From positions 2,852,001-2,916,000 of the forward strand of contig NC_043020.1 in the NCBI RefSeq assembly GCF_006345805.1: a stretch of DNA of 64,000 nt, written 5' to 3'. This document shows, in pieces, positions 23,664-36,523 of the stretch (position 1 is the first letter of the stretch; every line of letters starts with the position of its first letter). The notes under the pieces are model-generated. The model was not told the DNA's origin, did not search any database, and saw only the letters and a program-made list of their open reading frames with translations. The translations under genes were made by a program, and so were the position numbers. The DNA is from Octopus sinensis. Its lineage: Eukaryota.

Positions 23664-24354
23664 ATGAGAGAAAGAGAAAGAGGGCTCATGGGACTGAAGA
23701 AGGGCAAGAAGCAAGATTAATAAAGGAGCAGAAAGAAAAAGAAATGAAATAAAGAGTGAAAGAGAAAGGAAGGAAGAAAGAAACATGTTTATGAAATGAA
23801 ACTAAACAAAAAAAAACTATATAAAACAAATACAAAAAGTATTAACAGCAAAATGGTAAAATGAGGAATTTCATGAAAAGCAAAAAAATAATTCTTCTTC
23901 CGAAAGAATAGAAAATAAAAGAATTTCAAGAGGAAAAGCAGACAAAACTGGAATCAGAAGGATTTAAAAAATACAAATATGGAAGTTGGCCACCAAAAGA
24001 GTGAAAATACAAGTTTTTAAAAAAATCTAAGGCTGATGAGTGTAAAACCAAAATTCAAAGAAAGACAAAGAAAAAAATGTTGATTATTTAATGTTCTCAA
24101 CTGAAGAATTCCAAGAATGACCTGCTCCATCAATTTTGTTAAACTGTGTGTGTCTGTGTTTATCCCCCCCCCCCAAAAAAAAACACCGCTTGACAACCGA
24201 TGCTGGTGTGTTTACATCCCTGTAAAAAAGAGACCGATAGAATAAGTACTAGGCTTACAAACGAATAAGTCCTGGGGTCGATTTGTTCGACTAAAGGCGG
24301 TGCTCCAGCATGGCCACAGTCAAATGACTGAAACAAGTAAAAGAGAATATAGGT

Positions 24355-24816
24355 AAGGATCAGCATGGAAACTGAGCTGAAGATAGCTTTCTTTTTTCTT
24401 CCCCAGCCTCTCCTCTTTTGAGGACTGAATGATGAAGCTGCTGCTGTTGAGCGAATGGTCTTCGTCCCAGAGCTCGCAAGATGGGAGAAGTCTGAAACGT
24501 GGTCCTTTGCTATTCGTAAGACCCGCAGAAGAGAAAGCAGGTCAACTCCCGACACCGAGAGCATCAACAGATGGATGAATGCGCATCCAGGCTCAGGGGT
24601 TGCGTAGGAAGTCGGGGACAAGAAACAGGAAGAAAGAGTGAGTGAAAGTTGGAGCGAAAGAGTACAACAGGGGACGCCACCACCCCCTGCTGGAGCCTCG
24701 TGGAGCTTTAGGTGTTTTCACTCAATAAACACACACAATGCCTGGTCTGGGAATCGAAACCGCGACCCTCCAACCACGAGTCCGCTGCCCTAACCACTGG
24801 GCCATTGCGCCTCCAC
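24355..24816 (-). mobile_element. tRNA-derived SINE family D
   Basis: Minus-strand head GTGGAGGCGCAATGGCCCAGTGGTTAGGGCAGCGGACTC...GGTTTCGATTCCC has clear A and B boxes and continues into a non-tRNA GC-rich body. Confidence 0.8.
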
Positions 24817-25885
24817 TGCTGAAGCCGCTTCATTACTCGGCCAGTATCTGCAATTCCAGCATCCAATTCAGCCACCTGCTTCTCATTATGGGAATATGGC
24901 CCTGGGATACTTCAAACTCCTTCATTAATCTCAGTGATTATTCTGTGGACAGTTGTAATGTATTCAAGAAGATGAAGATATGGCTGTTGATAATGATGAG
25001 GATGCTGATCATGAGGGTAATGATCATAATGATGATCATGATGGGAGGGATAATAATGATGGGGACAATGATGATAACATTGTTCATGATGAGGGTGATG
25101 TTGATAACGATGATGATGATGATAATATTGGTTTCAAATTTTGGCACACTGCCAGCAATTTCGGGGGAGGGACTAAGCCGGTTACATCGATTTCAGCACT
25201 CTGGAAAGATGAAAGATAAAAGTCGACCTTGGTTGAATTTGAACTCAGAATGTAAAGATAGGTGAAATGCTGTTAAACATTTTGCCCAGCGTGCTAACGA
25301 TTCTGCCAGATCCCTGCCCTAATGAAGATGATGGAGGTGATGTTGATGAGTGTAACGATAATAATAATAATAGTGTTGTTTTATGATGATGGTGGGAATG
25401 TGGGGGTTAGGGTGAAGATGAGGAGGATGGGGGTGATGAGGCAGAAGATGGGGTGATGATGCAGGCAATAATGATGGTGGTATGATGATTATAATAATTA
25501 TGATAGCAAGGAATATAATGATGATGATGATGACAATTTCTAAAGTAATTTATTAATAATCCAGTATTTCCAGGGATAAAGCTTCTCCTCCCCTCTGTTG
25601 CCATTTTACCCTCTTCCCAATTACAGCTTATAATTACTGTCTCCCTATTATGTATTACGTATGATTTTGGTGTCCTCATGCCATTCCCTAAGCCCTCTCC
25701 TCACTTATAAGTAACTGTGAGTGTGTGTGTGTGTGTATATGCTTGTGTTTAAAGCAATTCACCCATTTATATACAAATTTCTTGGTCAGAGATAATTACA
25801 AAATATTGTGTGTGTGTACATAGAGATATATACATGTACATATATATTATACATATACAAATTACACATACATATACGCATATAT

Positions 25886-25932
<47 letters not shown>

Positions 25933-26029
25933 TATACATATATATATATATATATGTATGTACGTATGTATATTTAGAGGTACACACACGTGTCAAGTAT
26001 ATATATATATAAGTATATAATATGTATGC

Positions 26030-26070
<41 letters not shown>

Positions 26071-26611
26071 CACATCAGCACACATATATATCATCATACT
26101 GTTTTTACATCCTCTTCTCCATGCCTGCATGTGTTGGGAGGGTATTTCCTCACACAACATCTCCCCATTTATTTCATGAGACTTAATCACTTGAGATCTT
26201 CACTTTTCCCATGTATTTCTCTCAAGTTCTCTTCTCCACAGACTCCATCTAATTAAATTGCTTGGCACATTTCTTTCCTCTCCCTGTCATCTTCTATATT
26301 CATCAAATGTGTCGACTAACATAGTTTCCTCTCATTACTCTCATACCCAGTCTCTTTTTTTGTTTCTTTTTTTTCTCTCTCTTGGCTCTATTTCTACCCC
26401 ATTCTTCAAGCACACTGACATTACACCACCAACAGAGTATCTTACTCTCTAACCTTTTCGCATTCTTCACATGGAGCGCTCATGTTTCACTATTGTCTAT
26501 CATTGTACTTCATACACATGCATCATAAATTTGCCCATCGTTACACAGAAAGAATACCTTTATGTTTCCAGCAGGGTTTATAGCTTCTTAATTGTCTCTA
26601 ATCTGGCTTCC

Positions 26612-28030
26612 ATTGGGTCATCCCATAAATAATGCAGTTTTTTTTCAATTACCTGAACTAAAAGTTGGAGGAAGACAGGATAATCTACCTGCATCAACTT
26701 GCTATAAAGGCAGGTAGTAATTTTACCTTGTCCTTATTCTTAGTACAAGTTTTGAAGAATGCAGTTTGATTTTAACAATTATTAATCCAAAGCTATAAGG
26801 GAAGTGATAAAGGAGCATCTTCGGCATATTTCGCTTTATGAATTCAATAAAGGCAACAATGTTTGGGCAACGCTATTTGAAGCAGGTTCACAAGCCAGCA
26901 AAATATTCGTTGGGAGTCAACGACAGCTATCTCTCCTGATTGAACAATCTAGAACATTCTAGAATATTCCAAGTGAACGTGGTTAGCTCCCTCTTTGCTA
27001 ACTTACTAAGCAGAACTGCAAAACGACACTGACCATTTAAGTGTGTATACCTGTTCGAACATTCTTCTCTTTTCTTCTCTGTGACTTGATATGGTCAACT
27101 TCAGAAGAGGGAGCCAGGCACGTGAATTCGATATTCAATTCCTACCAGCAACTTGCTAAGGTATTCTACATCTAGGAAAGACATCTAGGTATTCTACATC
27201 TGTGGAAAGTAAGCCTTGTGGCTTGAACTGCTTCTGTTTTCTCAATGCTATCATGGAACATGGCAAGTTGTTCAGAACCTTTTCTTCATCCCAGATAACT
27301 TTATTGAACATTGTGTACTCACTGTATGAGCTCGTTTGTCACACATCTGAATAAAACCTTGGACGTGAAGTTATTTGCACAGATACGAGTGTTGTTGTTA
27401 CTTACTGCACAGAGCTATTTCAAAGCCATTGGATTAATGGCCCTGTCCAATTATTAAAGTGTTGACGTCTTAATTAGTGACATCGCTCGCTAAAAATGCA
27501 ACAGAAAGTATAAAGAACATCAATACAGCATATGGGGATTGGACAATAAGCGTAAGCCAGTGTCAACGTTGTTTCCAGAAATTCCGAGCTGGAAACTAGA
27601 GCCTAGAAGATGAGATCTGTAGAGTTCAACGAGGATGTCCTGCAAATCCTAGTGGTACACAATCTCATTGTAACTGTTGAAGAACTAACAGAGAAGCTTG
27701 GATTTGGTCATTTAACCATTCATTGACACCTGTGTGCCATCGGAAAAGTCAGCAAATTGGGTCAATGGGTTCCTCACAAACTTTCTGAGTCTAATCACAT
27801 GCAGAGAGTGAATGTGTGCCCTTCTTTGCTGTCACGTTGGTGACAAGAAATGGGTTCTCTGTAAAAGTGTCAAGTGCTGAAGACAGTGTTTAGGGAAAGG
27901 AGAAACACCAGCACCCCAGGCTAATGAAGGTCTTCACCCACGTAAAGTGTTGTTATCTGTTTTGTGGGATGTGAAAGGTTTAGTCCACTTTGTACTTTCA
28001 AACCCAAACCGAATAATAACAAAGGAGACC
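26612..28030 (+). mobile_element. mariner (DD34D-type) transposon relic
   Basis: TIR-like start ATTGGGTCATCCCATAAATAATGC. About 27490-28030 reads NATE....I..AYG...S...CQR.F.KFRAG...LEDE...T.EEL..KLG..H.TI..HL..IGKVSKLGQWVPHKL...W...GE.P........HPRKVLLSVLWDVKG, with stops and deletions. Confidence 0.85.
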
Positions 28031-29162
28031 CTCTAAAATACTATTGTGGGTACCCAATTTGCTGTTTTGTTTGTGTGGACCTCTCAAAAATCTTTTATGA
28101 ACCCCAAAGGTTGAGAACCACTGGGTTAAATGGTCAACTATTGAATAATGATAATAAAAGAAGCAAACTAAGAGCATGTCCTTATTACTGACATAATGAC
28201 CTTCCTGAAATACTGCAAAAACCTTTGTCTTTCCTAAGTTTGTTTTTACACTTCATGGTTTAGTGTTTTGGGTGCCAGGCTCATGATCATGTTGTGTTTT
28301 TGAGCTAGGCTCTTCATTTCATGTTGATGCAGCTTGCTCAACTGTACCAGCAAGATTCTGGTCTACCCTTCATCTCTGCTTCCAGCTTCTACATCTTAGT
28401 TGTTTCATTGGGTCAAGGCTGAGGGTGGGATTAAGAAAGTGTCTCTGTCAGCTCACTGTTATATCAGCACCTTCAACAAGTAGATGTTACATAGGCAAAG
28501 TCACTCACAAGCAACAACTGGCTGTAAAGGCTTCAGGCATGGCTGTGTGGTTAAGAAACTCCCTTTGCAGTCAAATGGTTTCATATTCAGTCCTTACTGT
28601 ATTACTCCTTGAGCAAGAATCTTCTACTATGGCAGTGAAACTTGGAAACTGACAAAGAAATTATGAAAAGGGCTAGATGGCTGCTACACAAAGGGTACTA
28701 TGAATGGCCCTAAATGTGAAATGGCAGCAACTTATGACAAATGAATGGCTTCATGCAGACCAGCCAAAAGTTAGTGAGAAGATCAAGCAAAGAGGGCCGT
28801 GACTGTCTGGTCATTGGGTGTGCTACCCAAGACTGGAAAATCTAAATTAGTCTTGTGGTGTCAGCCGGCAAGATACACCTTTCAGGCCAGTCATGCAGAC
28901 AACGATGTACGTTGTTATAATGCGGCATATATCAATGTCAAACAAGACACAACAATCACTTCAAGCAGAGGATGAAAGTGTGAAGGTCTGGAAATGTGAA
29001 TGATGGATTTGGAAACTCCATTGTTCCTCTCATGAAAATAGGGAAAAAAAAACTTGATGAAGAAGATAAACTAGAAAATAGTTGTCTTCAAAAATAAGAT
29101 GTTTGAAAGAAATTTCTTAACCATATATATATATATTATATATATATATATTATATATATAT

Positions 29163-29209
<47 letters not shown>

Positions 29210-30243
29210 ATATATGTATATATATATACATGTGTATGTGTATCCATATAAATATATGCATACAGAAGTATACTCATGTATGTAGGTGTGTGTATAAATA
29301 TATATATATATGTGTGTGTGGGTCTATGTATATATATATATATATGTACACACACATGTATATACATTTATTAGTATTCTCACGCTATCAAAAATTACAT
29401 TTTTTAAAGCAAAAATTTGAGACTGGTATTTATTAAATGCACTGACATGACATATATTCCATTTATTTGGAAATGACTTATAAAGTAAAAATAAATCTCT
29501 TAATGAAAATACTTTGAAGAGAATTAAACGAGAGATAAAGTTTTATATAAATTGTTCTAATATTTTACTGAGGTTAAAATAACAAAAACATTTTTATTTA
29601 ATTATTGAAGGTTTTTTCCAACTGTTATTTTATTAAATCTCTGCTGTGTCTGTGGCTGTCGAAAAGTACCATGATTCACAGATGCATTAAAAGTTGTTCA
29701 GTCCATAATTTAATTACATTGGTTCATATGTGAATGATAGAACTGAGAAAAACCATTGAAAATTTTTATTTCTTATAAAAGTTAAAGTTGTGGGCTCTCT
29801 TTATTAGTCCTCACTGAACAGGGTAAAAAATTATGTAAGCAATAGATACATCATCATCATCATCATCTTTTAACATCCATTCTCCATGCTAGCATGGGTT
29901 GGACGGTTCAACCGGGGTCTGGGAAGCCAGGGGCTGCACCAGGCACCAGTCTGATCTGGCAGAGTTTCTACAGCTGGATGCCCTTCCTAATGCCAACCAC
30001 TCCGCGAGTGTAGTGGGTGCTTTTTACGTGCCACCGGAGTCTGGCATCGGCCACGATCGGTTGGTGCTTTTAACGTGCCACCGGCACAGAAGCCAGTCAA
30101 GCCGGCGCTGGCATCGGCCACGTTCGGATGGTGCTTTTTATGTGTCACCGGCACAGAAGTCAGTCAAGGCGGCACTGGCATCGGCCACGTTCGGATGGTG
30201 CTTTTTATGTGCCAAATAAATAAATTAGTAAGACATGTATGTA

Positions 30244-30289
<46 letters not shown>

Positions 30290-30648
30290 TATATAATTTA
30301 TTTCACTGCAGGAAAGAAACGAAATGAATAAACTTAAAATCTTTCAACTTTTCTCGAATGAGATATTTCCCTTTACTTTTAATGTTTCAGCATTCAATGT
30401 GTGTTAGAGTGTGTGTGTGTGGATGAAATTTTTCTCTTCTCTTAACATTGTTTCTTTTATATTTTACTACATTTCACCTCTTTCCCCTCATTCATTCTTC
30501 TCTTTCTCATCCTTCCATCTCTCATAACTACTCCTCTTAATCATTCCACCTTACCTGGCACACCTGTGCTTTTCACCCGCCACTTCTTCTCTGAAACTAC
30601 TTATTTATTTTCTGTCTCACTGTGAGTACACTTAAGCAGGACAGAAAA

Positions 30649-30695
<47 letters not shown>

Positions 30696-30806
30696 TATAA
30701 ATACACAACAATTTTTATTATAGATGTAGGTATGTGTGTGTGTGTACAAGTATATACATAAGAAATACTACGTGTGTCTTTGTATACATACACACACACA
30801 TAAATA

Positions 30807-30852
<46 letters not shown>

Positions 30853-30927
30853 AATACACACGTATATATTTATATGAAATGAGAAGATACATTGTGGAAC
30901 TGTTATTTAGTGAGTTATATCTATTTT

Positions 30928-31027
30928 TCACCTGAAGAGACACATCTGCACCATTGGGTGCGAACCAGTTGTTAAATATCCCAGCCATGAGGGATCAATG
31001 CTAGATGTGTCGAAACAATTGTAGTGA
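30928..31027 (+). ncRNA. Type I hammerhead ribozyme motif at a solo PLE end
   Basis: Stem I TCAC (30928-31) / GTGA (31024-27); core CTGAAGA (30932-38); stem II GACACATCT / AGATGTGTC with a long structured insert; GAAA (31012-15); stem III AC-aatt-GT; cleavage triplet GTA, predicted cut after 31023. Confidence 0.75.
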
Positions 31028-31253
31028 TTCGTAAAGATTCTCAAATCTTCCATCTTCTGTCTTTTATAAATATATAGATCGTTAGCCACTACACACATTT
31101 TTCTTTTCTCTCCTTGTTTTGCTCTGTGTCCCTTTCTGTAGAAGAGCGTAGGCTCGAAACATAAAAGACTTTTTCTATTCCTGAGCGTTATACTAATACA
31201 TCTGTTTGTTTTGTTCACCACCTGTCTTCGTCTTTTGTCTTTCCGTAAACTCT

Positions 31254-31294
<41 letters not shown>

Positions 31295-32791
31295 AACACA
31301 TATACACATACGCACACACACACACACATGTGCCCAAAGGACAGTTTTACACTGAATTGATAGAAGGCAAGTGCACACAGGGTGGGCAGAAAAAAAGCAG
31401 GTCAACAATGCACTCAGAACCTCACTGAAATGCTTTCAGATCAACTGCAACACTTGGGGAAAAAACCAAGCACAGGAGCACCCTGCCTGTGGGGTTATGA
31501 CTTGGCTGTGTTAGGGGTTAGGATTTACAGAGCAAGTGTAGGAAAAAGGATGATCTGTGTCAACATAATGTAAAGTCTTTCGCTAATGAACTTTTGTGCA
31601 TCTGCATTCAATTGCACTCTGAACACTCACTGCAGATGATGCAAATATCCACAATGGCAAAGACATGTGTTGGGAGCAAATGGTATGAACTGCATCATGC
31701 ATTTATCATACTTTTTCCTATCATCATCATCATCATCCATGCTGGTATGGGTTGGACAGGAACTGGCAAGCCAGACGATGCACTGGGTTCCACTGTCTGT
31801 TTTGGCACAGCTTTTATGGTTGGATGCCACCCACATATATATATATGCAAATACACTTACAAATATATGCACACACTATCACATGCGCACACCCATGCAC
31901 ACACACACACACGCATGCACACAAGTCAGCTGTGTGGTAAGGAGTTTGTTTCTCAACCATGTCGCTCTGAGTTCACTTCCACTGTGTGTCACTTTGTGCA
32001 AGAGTTTTCTCCTACAGCCCTGGGCCAACTAAAAACGATGTCAGTGGATTTGTTAGACGGAAACTGAAAGAAGCCCATTGTGTGTTTGTGCTTGGCAACC
32101 AGTGTTGGTTTGTTTATGACCCCCGTGACTTAACTTGGCAAAAGAGACTAATGGAATAAGAGACCGGTTTAACAAAAAAAAAATGCAAATATTTGGGTTG
32201 ATTTGTTCAACTAAAACATTTCAAGGTGTTGCTCCAGCGTGGACTGAAACAAGTAAAAGATATAAAGGAGAAGAGATAAATAGACACACAGACATGTCTA
32301 GTTTTACAATGGCCCACTGTAGCACCCGGCAACGCAGCAGAGTAGAACAAGTCCTGCGAGACGTGTGTGTGTGTGTGTGTGGTAGACAGTTTGTTGAAGC
32401 TGAGATAAGTATTCATCAACATTTAAATATGAATAAACAATATATAAATACAAATAAGATACACTAATTAAATCAACAAAATAAAAAATATATAAGCTGA
32501 ATAAGTAAAAAATAATAAAAATGATAAATTTTGTCTGGAGATCTTGTCTATTTATCAACCTGATTTTTGGGGTAGAGGTGGTGGTGGGGTAGAGGTGGTG
32601 GTGGGGTAGAGGTGGTGGTGGGTTGCATCTATGTGTGTGTGTGTGCGTGTGTGTGTGTGTGAGAGAGAGAGAGAAAGGAAGTGAAAGAGTGGTAGGGAGA
32701 TGCATTTAATAGGAAGAAAAAGGAATAAAAAAAAAGATGGATAATGCAAGTGTGTGTGTGAGAGAGAGAGAGTGTGTGTGTGAATGGAGGG

Positions 32792-32822
<31 letters not shown>

Positions 32823-32895
32823 ATGCTTAAGAGAAAAATAGAATTTTTAATGTGAAGATAGTGAATGCGCATGTGTGCATGTATGTGTGAGACTG

Positions 32896-32930
<35 letters not shown>

Positions 32931-33965
32931 CTGACAGTCTATGTATAATTGTACAAGTGTGTATGTGTGTCTATATATTACCTAAATGTGCCTCTGTCAC
33001 TGTATCTGTATGCTACACGCATGTGAATCAGTGACAAGACACACAGGGCAGTGAGTCCTTAAGAAATAGGGTTTTGACAGAGATCCTTCGAATTCATTTC
33101 AGCTTTCTAAGCAAAGCAGTGGGAACTAAAGACACTTCATCCTCATCATTTTCCAGGCTTTCATGGGTCAGACGGAATTTGTTGATGCAGATTTATTTTT
33201 ACAACCGGATGCCCTTACTGTCACCAAACCTCACTTGTTTCTGAGTGAAGTAAATATTTCCCCAAGGGCCAGACATGTTCTTTCACAAACGACCCGAAAT
33301 CGACAACCATGGATGAGGATGATGATACTCATTTGCAACGACCATGTGATGTCTAGACAAGGGTACACACACACACACATACATGCACGTGCGTGCACAC
33401 ACATACACATATATATACATAAAACAGGATTCTCTCAGTTTCAATCTACCAAATCCGCTCACAGGGTTTTGGTTGGCCTGGGGCTATGGTAGAAGACGTT
33501 TGCTCAAGGTGCCATGCACCCCGCCCTTCCAATACTAGTGAAATCATTGGTATGCACTACCTCTTCTCTTTATTGATGAGAAAAAAAAACAGCTGTATTA
33601 TATTATTATTATTATTATTGAGTGAGAGAGAGCAGTTCATGCCATCAAAGTGACACTGGGATAAAATATACGAGGCCCAGTATACCCATCATGACTACCC
33701 GTCTGATAAGGGTACACTAGGCACATGCATCACAATCATATGTGTGCGACATGGTGATTTCATATCAAGATAAACAGCACATGATCTTGCAGGTGGGGCC
33801 CAGTTAGAATTTTCTTCAGGTCGAGTAGCCCATCTTGCTCAAAAGGTCCTGAATAAGGTTTAAGGATGATGAGCAAAACACCCGTGTTTTCGGAAGTAAA
33901 TTATTCGTCAGTTATCATCCAAAAGATCCTTACAGTTTCACACCTTTAATGATAATTTTGTTCAC

Positions 33966-33993
33966 CTTTGGTGGCTTCAGCTGGGAGAAGTTG
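33966..33993 (-). CDS. Candidate 28-nt micro-exon of the fibulin gene (end of signal peptide)
   Basis: Long pyrimidine tract, then ttcccag|CAA CTT CTC CCA GCT GAA GCC ACC AAA G|gtgaac. The phase-1 end fits exon 20963-21216, giving [20 protein letters not shown]. No transcript evidence. Confidence 0.35.
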
Positions 33994-34334
33994 CTGGGAA
34001 TAGCAAATGAATAGGGGACAGTGAGGAAAACAAACACGACAAATATAAACATACAAACAAAATAAAACAAATATATCTGTGTATGGGTATGTATACACCC
34101 TTGTCTTGACATCACGTGATGGCTGTAAATGAGCATCACTGTTATACAAGTGAGGTTGTTTGTTTCCAGTCTTCTGTGAAAAACATGCCTAGTTGTTGGG
34201 AAACATTAACTTTCTTGAAAACAGATGAGGGTTAGCAACAGGAAAGGTACCCAGCTGTAGAAAATTGCCTCAACAAATTCTTTGTGACCATGCAAGCATG
34301 AAAAAGATGTTAAAACTATGATGATGATAATGTA

Positions 34335-34620
34335 TATGCGTGTGTGTGTGTCCATGTGTCTGTGTGTTCATGTGTCTGTGTGTCCGTGTGTGTGCGTGCG
34401 CACACGTGTATGTCTGTGTGCATGCATGTGTGTGTGTCTGTGTGTCCATGTGTGTGTGTGTGCGCACGCGTGTATGTCTGTGTGTGCATGCATGTGTGTG
34501 TGTCCATGTGTCTGTGTTCGTGTGTCCATGTGTCTGTGTGTGTACCCGTGTATGTCTGTGTGTCCATGTGTCTGTGTCCATGTGTCTGTGTGTGTCCATG
34601 AGTCTGTGTGTGTTTGTGCT
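34335..34620. repeat. TGTGTCCATG-type degenerate mini/microsatellite
   Basis: Repeated tgtgtccatgtgtc(tg) units. Confidence 0.85.
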
Positions 34621-35512
34621 GTGCATGTAAAATGTTTACTTATTTCTTAATACAGAAGAATCAGGTTATTGAAAATTAGTTTTTCTTGGAATTGAAAAAT
34701 AAATATCAACAACTAAATTGAAACATGACATACACACACACACACACTCTCTCACACACACACTCATGTATATAAACATGTATTTATATATACACTGGTG
34801 TGTTTGTGTGATTTCAATTTTTTTTTTAAAGAAATCTTATACATCACACCCACATATATACCAGATATATTTATGTAATATTTTTTATAAATACGCAAAT
34901 ATATCATCATAATTAGAGCATTCACTTTTTCATACTTGCATGTGACAAAAGGCAGATTTTCCATGGACAGATGCCCTTCCTGTGGCTAACACTCATCTGT
35001 TTCCAAGTAAAGGAATATTTCCCCATGGTGGCCAGACATGTCTTCATGGAAGATTGGAAATGAAAGGCACTATGCTGCATGGCAGTGAAGCCCAATTACA
35101 ACTATCCTGCAATGTCAAAGACAAGGGGACACAAACACACATGCACACACACACATGTAGATATACGTATTCCTCCTCCTCCTCCTCCTCCGCCTCCTCC
35201 CTCATAAAGATATCAGAGGCTAAGTTTGAGTCTAGTATTTTCTATACCAAGTATCTCTGGATCTCATCTGTTGACTGTATATATACTCTTTACTCTCTCT
35301 TTTACACTTTTACTTGTTTCAGTCATTTGACTGCGGCCATGCTGGAGCACCACCTTTAGTCGACCAAATCGACCCCAGGACATATTCTTTGTAAGCCCAG
35401 TACTTATTCTATTGGTCGTCTCTTTTGCCGAACCGCTAAGTTATGGGGACGTAAACACACCAGCATCGGTTGTCAAGCGATGTTGGGGGACAACACAGAC
35501 ACACAAACATAT

Positions 35513-35548
<36 letters not shown>

Positions 35549-36284
35549 TCATATATACAACTTGCTTCTTTCAGTTTCTGTCTACCAAATCCACTCACAA
35601 GGCTTTGGTCAGCCAGAGGCTATAGTAGAAGACACTTGTCCAAGGTGTCATGCAGTGGGACTGAACCTGGAACCGTGCAGTTGGTAAGCAAGCTACTTAC
35701 CACACAGCCACTCCTGTGCCTATAGCCACTCCTACACCTCTCTCGGAACCTGCTCCTTGCGTAGATCCAAAGTGTATTATGGACCATACATTTATTACAA
35801 TGTGCATTTCTTGATTAGCCCCAGGGCTATTGATCTACTCAGTCGGCTGCAGTTAATTATATGTATAAGCAGAAAATCTTTCTGACTGTACTTCGGTGTC
35901 GGCATTTATATTCATCTATTTTTGTTGTGCACACATTTTACTTTTCAACCTGACCCGGTACTTTACCATTTAAGTGCCTGATTCACTTGAATTTTGATCT
36001 TTATACGTGTGTGTGTGATCGCTTAAAGTGAATGGAAGATGGAGACCCAGGAAGACCCAGGGGACAAAGTATTGAAGGCTGATCTCAAAACACTGAGCCC
36101 TTATGAAAGAAATGACAAAGGAACAGACAATGGGACCAGGTGCAGCCCTTGGCCTCACCAATCCATTCAAACTGTCCAACCCACACCAGCATGGAAAAAC
36201 AGACATTAAATGAGATGATGATGATGTATACACCTATACACATGTGTGTGCAAACACACACACTTATGTATGTATGTGTGTGTG

Positions 36285-36320
<36 letters not shown>

Positions 36321-36479
36321 AGGTGGCTAGATGCAATGTAAAACCAAAAAAGGAAGGATTCAATTGTCACTAATTGTGACACAGGATACCAGGTGGCACG
36401 TATATTGCTAGAAACAAGAGTCAAACCCCTTTATGGCCACAAACATAGCACAAGTCTATATACTGTGTGTGTGTGTGTG

Positions 36480-36523
<44 letters not shown>

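Noticed and set aside
24030-24060. CTGATGA followed by GTGTAAAACCAAAA as a hammerhead core
   Set aside because: There is no GAAA and no convincing stem II.
24740-24816. tRNA-like sequence with A and B boxes (also the heads at 449 and 979)
   Set aside because: It runs directly into SINE bodies with no complete cloverleaf or acceptor stem, so these are SINE heads, not tRNA genes.
24938-25679. D/N/H-rich and I/M-rich ORFs
   Set aside because: They derive from degenerate (GAT/AAT)n trinucleotide repeats.
29990-30210. Repeat-spacer-like arrays (GGTGCTTTT..GTGCCACCGGCAC units; also 16180-16440 and 48200-48560) resembling CRISPR
   Set aside because: They are internal tandem units of a dispersed SINE family, the 'spacers' are themselves repeated, there are no cas genes, and the context is a eukaryotic intron.
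31135-31175. GAAGAGC-gtag-GCTC-GAAAC as another hammerhead
   Set aside because: There is no CTGANGA in register with the stem, and no stem III/UH or stem I can be formed.
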